32,000 bases of DNA from Candidatus Saccharimonas aalborgensis (GTDB taxonomy: Bacteria; Patescibacteriota; Saccharimonadia; Saccharimonadales; Saccharimonadaceae), in contig NC_021219.1 of assembly GCF_000392435.1 (NCBI RefSeq), forward strand, positions 780,001 to 812,000, read 5' to 3'. Within the stretch, counting starts at the first letter, position 1; every line of letters begins with the position of its first letter. The notes under the pieces are model-generated. The model had not been told where the DNA came from. It saw only the letters and a list, made by a program, of their open reading frames with translations, and did no database searches. Made by a program: the position numbers and the translations under genes. This document shows positions 24,714 to 30,992 of the stretch, in pieces.

Positions 24714-25800
24714 ACTTGCTCTGAAATATCCTGATGTTGAGGTGGTATTTGTCTGTGACAAGGCCTTTGCGGCGCAGTCGAGGGGGTTGATGAAGACTGC
24801 TCACGTACCCATCACGGTAAAAACGATTACGGCCGGCAAATTGAGACGGTATAAGCATCTATCGGTTATGCGACAGCTTTTGATGCCAAAGCTAGTTTTT
24901 GCAAATGTAGCAGATAGCGTAAAAGTCTTGATCGGCTTTTTCCAGAGTCTGGTGCTTATCTGGCGCTTTAAGCCAGATATCGTGTTTGCAAAAGGTGGCT
25001 TTGTTTGTTTACCGGTCGGAATGGCGGCGCGTCTATTCGGCGTTCCGATTGTCGTCCATGATTCTGATACACGACCCGGCTTGACCAACAGTGTGTTGGG
25101 CCGTTGGGCGTCAGCCATTGCTACCGGTTCGCCTACTGAAAACTATCGCTATCGACGCGAGATTACGCGCTATAGCGGGGTACCTATCGATAGGAGTTTT
25201 CGCCCCTATACACCACAGGAGCAACAGGCAGCAAAGCGTCATCTTGGTTTTGATGAGTCCTTACCGCTCGTAGTAGTAACGGGGGGTGGATTAGGCGCCA
25301 CTCGCATCAATACGGCTCTTTTACAAGACGCGGAATACCTGGTTCATGAAGGTATTTGCCTTTATCATGTAACCGGTAGGGCCCATTATGAAGAGGTGAA
25401 AACATTGGCGATCCAGGACCCTCATTATCAGGTTGTGCCATTTGTATTTGAGGGGATGGCAGACATACTTGGTGCCGCTGACGTGGTTGTTTCTCGAGCG
25501 AGTGCGACATTTATCCAGGAGCTTGCTGGCATGAGAAAATCAGCTATCTTGATTCCAGCAAAGACACTGGGTGATCAACGGAAGAATGCCGAAGTGTATC
25601 GTGAGGCGTCCGCGGCCGTTATCCTTAGCGACGACGATATCGAGGGTCAAGGAAAGCTTGCGGACGTCATCATGCAGCTTGTTCGCAATAAAGATTACGC
25701 GGATCGTCTTGCCGAAACTTTACACAGTTATGCAAAACCACATGCAGCGAGTGATGTTGCAGCGATGATAGCAGAGACGTATCGGCAACGACACCCCTAA
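24640..25800 (+). CDS. murG: undecaprenyldiphospho-muramoylpentapeptide beta-N-acetylglucosaminyltransferase
   Basis: N-terminal G-loop AGGGSGGHVTP. SD AAGGAG 5 nt upstream of the ATG. C-terminal domain has GGGLGA and SRASATFIQELA. Confidence 0.88.
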   Translation: MAMRLLCAGGGSGGHVTPVVVVINELALKYPDVEVVFVCDKAFAAQSRGLMKTAHVPITVKTITAGKLRRYKHLSVMRQLLMPKLVFANVADSVKVLIGFFQSLVLIWRFKPDIVFAKGGFVCLPVGMAARLFGVPIVVHDSDTRPGLTNSVLGRWASAIATGSPTENYRYRREITRYSGVPIDRSFRPYTPQEQQAAKRHLGFDESLPLVVVTGGGLGATRINTALLQDAEYLVHEGICLYHVTGRAHYEEVKTLAIQDPHYQVVPFVFEGMADILGAADVVVSRASATFIQELAGMRKSAILIPAKTLGDQRKNAEVYREASAAVILSDDDIEGQGKLADVIMQLVRNKDYADRLAETLHSYAKPHAASDVAAMIAETYRQRHP

Positions 25801-25823
25801 AACTGCTATACTAATGGGGTAAG

Positions 25824-26777
25824 ATGAAACTATTGAAAAAAACACAACAAAAGCCTCCTGCTCGCCGATTTGTCTATGGAGCTCAGTCTTCGATATCACA
25901 CGATGTACCGAGGCCCGTATCGACACATTCGACCGCATTTCGTCGGAATCGGACATTGACGGGTAGTCTCTCATCTGAGGTACAAAGTGTTAACGAGCAT
26001 GCAGCAGAGCTTCGCTCGCCGCGTGTTCATGTCCATGGACTGCGCCATCGCCGCCGCCGGCTTTCAATACTTCTCATACTAAGCGTTAGCGGTGCACTGC
26101 TAATGGCATGGCTGGTGTACCAGTCAATTGCGACCGTTATGATACGTGTGAGTGGCGTGAGTGGCGCTGATACCGCTCTGTATCAGCGTATCACCCAAGA
26201 ATATCTCAATCGTTATCCACTAGAACGGTTTCGTTTTTCGCTTGATACAGTAAAGTTAACTGAGTACATGCAAATGACCTACCCTGAGGTGGACCACGTA
26301 TTGCCAGGTGTAACTTATGGGGATGCACTGGGTACAGCTGAACTGATAATTGCCGTACGAAAACCTGTCGTGGTGTGGCATGCGACAAGCTCCCAGTTGT
26401 ACGTTGATGCCAACGGCAATGCGTTTACACGCAATTTTTTCACTACACCTCTCGTTGAGGTTATCGATAAAAGTGGCGTTCAGGCGCACGGCAATCAAGT
26501 ACTCGTCAGTAACCGGTTTTTGAGCTTTATCGGCACGTTGGTGGGAAAAATGCGCCAACAGGGCTATGAAGTGATGCAGGTGACACTGCCCCTAAATAGT
26601 TTGCGGCAAGTCGAGGTATCTTTAGCGGATATAGCGTATCCCATAAAGTTTTCTGTGGACCGTCCGGTGGGGGAGCAAGTAGAGGATGCCGATCGATCAG
26701 TGCGATATCTCAAAAGCAACGGTTCCTCACCTGAATACCTCGATGTTCGGGTCAGCGGCAAAGCATTTTATAAGTAA
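25824..26777 (+). CDS. ftsQ: FtsQ/DivIB-like cell-division protein
   Basis: Basic cytoplasmic N-terminus, a single TM helix (LSILLILSVSGALLMAWLV), a POTRA-like region, YVDANGNAF, and a C-terminal YLDVRVSGKAFYK. It follows murG. Confidence 0.6.
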   Translation: MKLLKKTQQKPPARRFVYGAQSSISHDVPRPVSTHSTAFRRNRTLTGSLSSEVQSVNEHAAELRSPRVHVHGLRHRRRRLSILLILSVSGALLMAWLVYQSIATVMIRVSGVSGADTALYQRITQEYLNRYPLERFRFSLDTVKLTEYMQMTYPEVDHVLPGVTYGDALGTAELIIAVRKPVVVWHATSSQLYVDANGNAFTRNFFTTPLVEVIDKSGVQAHGNQVLVSNRFLSFIGTLVGKMRQQGYEVMQVTLPLNSLRQVEVSLADIAYPIKFSVDRPVGEQVEDADRSVRYLKSNGSSPEYLDVRVSGKAFYK

Positions 26778-26803
26778 AGAGGACTCTCCTTGCCAATCGG
26801 AGT

Positions 26804-26825
26804 ATGTTCTATTTTTGTTCTGTTT
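26804..26825 (+). repeat. 22-nt direct repeat, copy 1 (ATGTTCTATTTTTGTTCTGTTT)
   Basis: Matches 27408-27429 at 21 of 22 positions. The copies are offset by 604 bp. Confidence 0.85.
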
Positions 26826-26862
26826 TTAATACATAAGTAAAATATATATTAACATACAAAAG

Positions 26863-26909
26863 TAGGGGAAAAGCAAATATCGTCGAAATAGGGGAAAAGA
26901 ATAGGGGAA
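26863..26909 (+). repeat. iteron-like direct repeats (TAGGGGAA[AAG] x3)
   Basis: Copies start at 26863, 26889 and 26902, giving spacings of 26 and 13 nt. AAAAGCAAATAT also occurs twice (26869, 26925), and there is a 14-nt AT palindrome TTTTTTATAAAAAA at 26915-26928. Confidence 0.7.
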
Positions 26910-27407
26910 TAATATTTTTTATAAAAAAGCAAATATTAGCATAGACGGATCGCACGGTCAAGTTTACCTGATGTGTGGAAAACTACATCATGAGACATGG
27001 TTGAGCGGGAGTAACTTATGGCACAATATATGGATGAACTGCAGTGTGAAGTTACATGTGCATTATACGGGTGATACTGAAGTTAACAAGACAAAGTCCC
27101 CTTCAATGGGGGTCCAGGAGTATAATTGGCACTCCATCTAGACGTATGCTGATTCATCTTTGTTCAATATATTTAATGTCGTAAAAGGTATATTGTGCGA
27201 CGTTAAGTCAGTATATGAGAGTTATTGTTACATTTACCTTCTCGCCCATAAATGTTTGATATTTTCCTTTGGACTATCTCCTACTTTACGTTTGATCCCC
27301 CTCCAGGCCTCGGTCTGTCACATGGTACCGTTGGCTTCCGTTGATATATCCGGCCCATTTGGACACCATCAGTAAAAACAAACCTGGGCGTTGCTACTCA
27401 AATAGCA

Positions 27408-27429
27408 ATGCTCTATTTTTGTTCTGTTT
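27408..27429 (+). repeat. 22-nt direct repeat, copy 2 (ATGCTCTATTTTTGTTCTGTTT)
   Basis: Matches 26804-26825 at 21 of 22 positions. It is preceded by the small hairpin TTGCTA-ctcaaa-TAGCAA. Confidence 0.85.
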
Positions 27430-27480
27430 CATTTTTTTGATTACTAGCAAGTATGTGGGGAGTTTGTTACCATAGAAATG

Positions 27481-27534
27481 GCCCGGAACGGACTAAGTTC
27501 AGCACCATATATCCTGGCGGTGCCTAATCCGGGC
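27481..27534 (-). terminator. long hairpin downstream of the ATPase gene (putative terminator)
   Basis: GCCCGGA pairs with TCCGGGC in the outer stem and GCACC with GGTGC in the inner stem. The U-tail on the minus strand is weak (CATTTCT). Confidence 0.4.
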
Positions 27535-27567
27535 TGCCACACTGATAAGGTTTTGACTAATATTTGA

Positions 27568-30348
27568 TTAGCGAAGTGAGAGGAAGGTAGGATCGCGCGG
27601 TGATGATTCTGGTTTTGCTGCCGGTCGGCTAGGGGTTGTCCCCTGCTCGCGCTCGACAGAAATGGGCGAATCTGAAGTCGGTTTACGTTTCCGGCTACGA
27701 CTACGCCTTTTCTTTGCCTGTCCTTGGTTTTCATTATCAACCACCGACAGGGGGGATGATGCGACGGCTGCGGTCGGGAGGGGGCTTGATGCTACTCTCC
27801 CCTGCTGTTGGATAAGCGATGTGTTGAGCGAATCTGGAGTAACGGTTTGAGTATGAGCATTTATCGGCCAGAGACGCTCAACGCTCACTGGGGGTGTATT
27901 TGTTGGAGTGGGCGCCTGAGGGGGCTTTTTGTTTGGGTCTGAAGGCATAATTCGTTCGTCAATTTCGTGCTGGATATCTTCTCGGGTTCGGCTATAATGC
28001 ATGCGGGTATACTCGATGATGCGGCCAGTATTGTCTTCTTGCGGTATGGGCAGGTTTAATGTGGTAGCACTAAACGCTGGCGCCTTCTCGCCGTTGATTA
28101 CCATATTGATAATAAAATGCCGATTGTGCATCTGTAAGAGGTCTTGCGGCTCAAATTGCGGCTCAAATTGCTTGGCTAAAATAGGAGAATCGTCGGGACT
28201 GACACGGAAGCTGATCATCGTGCCAACGTTGCCGAAGACAGCGTTGCGTACCTCTTCGCTCATCTGAGAGATGTATTGATTGGCGACGGTGAGGTTAAGC
28301 CCATATTTGCGTGCCTCAGACAAAATAGTAGCAAACGAATCAGTCGCGAAGTTTTGAAACTCGTCAACGTACAGATAAAACGGCCGGCGATCCTCGACAT
28401 TTGGAATATCGCTGCGGCTCATGGCCGCGAGCTGAATCTTTGTCACCAGGAAAGCGCCCAAGATTGAGGCATTATCTTCGCCGATCAATCCTTTTGATAG
28501 ATTGACAATCAGGATTTTGCCCTCATCCATAATCTTCCGAATATTGAACGTACTCTTTGGCTGGCCGATAATGTTGCGGATAATGGGGTTGGCGGTAAAG
28601 GCGCCTACCTTATTGAGTACAGGAGCGATTGCTTCGGCCTGAAACTTATCTGTCCAGCTGGCAAACTCGACATTCCAAAACTGAAGCACTACTGTATCGG
28701 TACAGTACCCTAGTGTTTCCTTGCGGAACTTTTTGTCGGTGAGCATGCGTGTGATATCGAGCATAGTTGTCTCGGGTCGGTCAAGGAGTGCCAAAATTGT
28801 ATAGCGGAGAATATACTCGAGGCGAGGTCCCCAGGATTCGCCAAACATGCGCTTGAGGACACCGATAACCTCTGAACTGATATTTGTTTTTTGGTTGGGG
28901 TTTGTAACTTCGAGCGGGTTAAACCCGAGAGGAAATGCTGTGTCGGCCGGGTTGAAGTAGACGACGTCTTGCAGACGGCTCCCTGGTATGAAGCGCATGT
29001 TGTCTACGGCGAAGTCGCCGTGCGGGTCGATGATGGCGTAGCCTTGGTTGTGAAAGATGTCACTCAGCGCAAACAGCTCGAGCGTACCGGACTTCCCTGC
29101 TCCAGTCTGTCCGATGATGTAGACGTGGCGGCTACGGTCATAGCGAAGCATGCCGAATTGGTGATTGATACCGCGGAAATTGGTCAGGCCAAAAGCAGAA
29201 ATATTCTCATCGATCGCCATATCACCAGTGATAACCGGTAGTTTTGCTGGCGGTTCGGCTGTTTTGCTGCTCGCCCAAACAATATTGGGCGTTTCGACAT
29301 TGGTGTGTGGCAGGTGGAATACCGAGGCCACCTCTTCGATATTGAGGATATATCCCCTATCGGCAAAGAGGCGAGACTTGTATTTAGCAAGATCCTCTTT
29401 TTTGAAACTATCGGTTGTCATTTTGAAGCCATTGAGGTTTGTGCTATTGAACTGTTTGAAGGTCCCGACGATGGCCTGCATACGGAGTTTGGCGTTTGCC
29501 GTACTCTCCCCTAGATAGGCGACACGGATTTTGGTTTGGTAGCCCAGCTTTGTCGCTTTTTTTTCGGCCTCGGCGATACGTGTTTTGTCACGTTCTGAGA
29601 CCTCTTTGACAGTAGTGCCGCTCACTCCCTGCTCTGGGGGTTGCCAGAGGGCCATAAAGAGGCCGGCAAACCATTTGAGGTTGAAGTCGCCATTGAAAAA
29701 CGCCGCTGTGCCGTTTTTGACACTTCGCACCCAGGATTCTGAGGCTTTGTGCCATTCATCGGCGATAGGTCGTACTAACATTTGAATCCAAATCTCTTCG
29801 TCAGTATCTTCTAGCTTGGCGAGCGTTCCCGTGATGCCGGCGAGCGGGTCAACCTCAAAACTTTGGAAGGTCTTGATGGGGAGAAATTCTCGGTCTGTGA
29901 GGGTAATTTCGGAAGTATAGACAACGCTATGTTGGCGCTCATGTGAGACATAATCTTCATCAGCAGTGTGAATTTGAACCTGAGGGTACTGGGAATATAC
30001 TTGGCCCTCGACGAAGCTCTGCAATGTCTTGGGAACCCATACATAAAAACGGATTCTACCGGCGACTGAAGCAATCTCAAAGCTGAGGTGTTCTTGGTAT
30101 CCCCCATTTGCACGGAGCTCTTTGGCATCGCGCAGGATACCGTGCAGGCTGGCAAACATCTGCTCGGCGGCAAGCTCACTCTTGTCATTCGCCTTTGGAA
30201 TCTCAAGCGCCAGGAGGACACTCTCGACATCTCTTACCATATCGATGCGTTGATAATTGCGCCATGTCAGGTAGAGAAGGATGACAACAATAGGTACCCA
30301 GACGTACCATTGAAGCAACAGAGAGACAAACCACGTGATAAATGCCAT
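27568..30348 (-). CDS. TraD/VirD4-like (type IV coupling protein-like, FtsK/HerA-superfamily) ATPase with a long N-terminal domain and a disordered basic C-terminal tail
   Basis: N-terminal hydrophobic segment MAFITWFVSLLLQWYVWVPIVVILLYL. Walker A IIGQTGAGKSG sits around residue 410-420 and Walker B is FYLYVDEFQNF. ARKYGLNLTVANQYISQ is typical of the T4CP C-terminal module. The last ~120 aa are P/S/T-rich and include KKRRSRSRKRK. Confidence 0.75.
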   Translation of the reverse strand: MAFITWFVSLLLQWYVWVPIVVILLYLTWRNYQRIDMVRDVESVLLALEIPKANDKSELAAEQMFASLHGILRDAKELRANGGYQEHLSFEIASVAGRIRFYVWVPKTLQSFVEGQVYSQYPQVQIHTADEDYVSHERQHSVVYTSEITLTDREFLPIKTFQSFEVDPLAGITGTLAKLEDTDEEIWIQMLVRPIADEWHKASESWVRSVKNGTAAFFNGDFNLKWFAGLFMALWQPPEQGVSGTTVKEVSERDKTRIAEAEKKATKLGYQTKIRVAYLGESTANAKLRMQAIVGTFKQFNSTNLNGFKMTTDSFKKEDLAKYKSRLFADRGYILNIEEVASVFHLPHTNVETPNIVWASSKTAEPPAKLPVITGDMAIDENISAFGLTNFRGINHQFGMLRYDRSRHVYIIGQTGAGKSGTLELFALSDIFHNQGYAIIDPHGDFAVDNMRFIPGSRLQDVVYFNPADTAFPLGFNPLEVTNPNQKTNISSEVIGVLKRMFGESWGPRLEYILRYTILALLDRPETTMLDITRMLTDKKFRKETLGYCTDTVVLQFWNVEFASWTDKFQAEAIAPVLNKVGAFTANPIIRNIIGQPKSTFNIRKIMDEGKILIVNLSKGLIGEDNASILGAFLVTKIQLAAMSRSDIPNVEDRRPFYLYVDEFQNFATDSFATILSEARKYGLNLTVANQYISQMSEEVRNAVFGNVGTMISFRVSPDDSPILAKQFEPQFEPQDLLQMHNRHFIINMVINGEKAPAFSATTLNLPIPQEDNTGRIIEYTRMHYSRTREDIQHEIDERIMPSDPNKKPPQAPTPTNTPPVSVERLWPINAHTQTVTPDSLNTSLIQQQGRVASSPLPTAAVASSPLSVVDNENQGQAKKRRSRSRKRKPTSDSPISVEREQGTTPSRPAAKPESSPRDPTFLSLR

Positions 30349-30363
30349 AACTTAGTGCTTCTC

Positions 30364-30392
30364 ATTATATCATACCTCTGTTAATTTTGCAA
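30364..30392 (-). promoter_or_regulatory. near-consensus promoter for the ATPase gene (TTGCAA-17-TGaTATAAT)
   Basis: On the minus strand: -35 TTGCAA (30387-30392), a 17-nt spacer, an extended -10 TGATATAAT (30364-30372), and the ATG 15 nt downstream. Confidence 0.6.
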
Positions 30393-30415
30393 GAGTAAGC
30401 ATGATCAGATAATGA

Positions 30416-30483
30416 CAAAACCCGCCACCGGCGAGTCGTGCGCACTCGCATGGTGCGAGTAGCGGGTTCTGTCGGTTGGCGGG
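30416..30483 (-). terminator. Rho-independent terminator after the 113-aa gene
   Basis: On the minus strand, CCCGCCAACCG...CGGTGGCGGG forms a long GC stem with the inner hairpin CTCGCA/TGCGAG, followed by TTTTG. Confidence 0.65.
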
Positions 30484-30487
30484 TTAT

Positions 30488-30829
30488 CTAGTAGTTGGAG
30501 ACCACCTGGTACCCCGCATTCCAGACGGCCGTGAGGCCCTCTGCAAATGCCACCATCTCCTCCCAGCCGATCGGGTCACCCTCGACGGGCTTGAAGACGA
30601 TTTTGAGGTCCAGCTTGGGGCCGTCGGTGAACTCGAGGGTGATATGGGGGTCATTGCCGGTGGCTTCGATGGTGAGCCGACTCGCCGAATCCCTCCCCTT
30701 ATCATCACTGAGCTCTTGGACGATAACGCTCGTTGCGTACCGGTGCACGTGCGCCGTTCCGCCGCGACGGGTCCCACGTCCGGAACCGTAGTACCGGAAT
30801 ATCCTGACGGTGCCATTTCTGGTGGACAT
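30488..30829 (-). CDS. hypothetical small protein (113 aa), GC-rich gene
   Basis: It has its own consensus promoter upstream and a terminator downstream on the minus strand. Its composition is natural compared with the three overlapping alternative-frame ORFs. No family recognised. Confidence 0.6.
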   Translation of the reverse strand: MSTRNGTVRIFRYYGSGRGTRRGGTAHVHRYATSVIVQELSDDKGRDSASRLTIEATGNDPHITLEFTDGPKLDLKIVFKPVEGDPIGWEEMVAFAEGLTAVWNAGYQVVSNY

Positions 30830-30883
30830 GTTTCCTTTTTCTACTAGGAAAATTCGGGAGCAAAACGCACCCCGATGAACGTG

Positions 30884-30912
30884 ATTATATACTTTTCATA
30901 TAAATAAGTCAA
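30884..30912 (-). promoter_or_regulatory. consensus sigma70-type promoter (TTGACT-17-TATAAT)
   Basis: On the minus strand: TTGACT (30907-30912), a 17-nt spacer, TATAAT (30884-30889). It lies 54 nt upstream of the 113-aa ORF. Confidence 0.65.
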
Positions 30913-30938
30913 ATCAAGGTCTCATAAAGTATACAGCG

Positions 30939-30972
30939 TAAACAAAAGAGCTCGCTGTGATGCGAGACTCTT
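30939..30972 (-). terminator. Rho-independent terminator after the sigma-r4/HARE-HTH gene
   Basis: On the minus strand, AAGAGTCTCGC-atcaca-GCGAGCTCTT forms a 10-bp stem with one bulge, followed by TTGTTT. Confidence 0.65.
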
Positions 30973-30992
30973 ATGATTTAGCTTTCGGGGTT

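Noticed and set aside
27160-27375. 71-aa plus-strand ORF in the AT-rich block
   Set aside because: It has a TTG start with no SD and no promoter. Its composition is odd (Cys/Phe/Leu/Ile-rich), and the in-frame ATG comes only near the end.
27481-27545. tRNA-like 7-bp acceptor-type stem followed by TGCCA
   Set aside because: Only about 41 nt are enclosed. There are no D-arm or T-arm (GTTCRA) features and the discriminator spacing is wrong. It is more likely the terminator hairpin of the ATPase gene.
27090-27560. Possible RNase P RNA (AAAGTCC at about 27094, CCGGGCTGCC...GATAAGG near 27528)
   Set aside because: Other universally conserved RNase P blocks are absent, including GGAAAGTCCGGGC in full, AGTGCAACAGAAA and ACAGAACCCGGCTTA. 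The order and spacing also do not fit.
26778-27567. Chromosomal replication origin (oriC)
   Set aside because: The region contains only one imperfect DnaA box, TGTGGAAAA at about 26972-26980, and no dnaA/dnaN context. The iteron-like repeats do not resemble DnaA boxes.
30476-30847. Three alternative ORFs (123, 110 and 98 aa) overlapping the 113-aa gene
   Set aside because: Open frames are expected on both strands in GC-rich DNA. These have skewed Gly/Pro/Ser/Arg composition, and no promoter or terminator matches their orientation.
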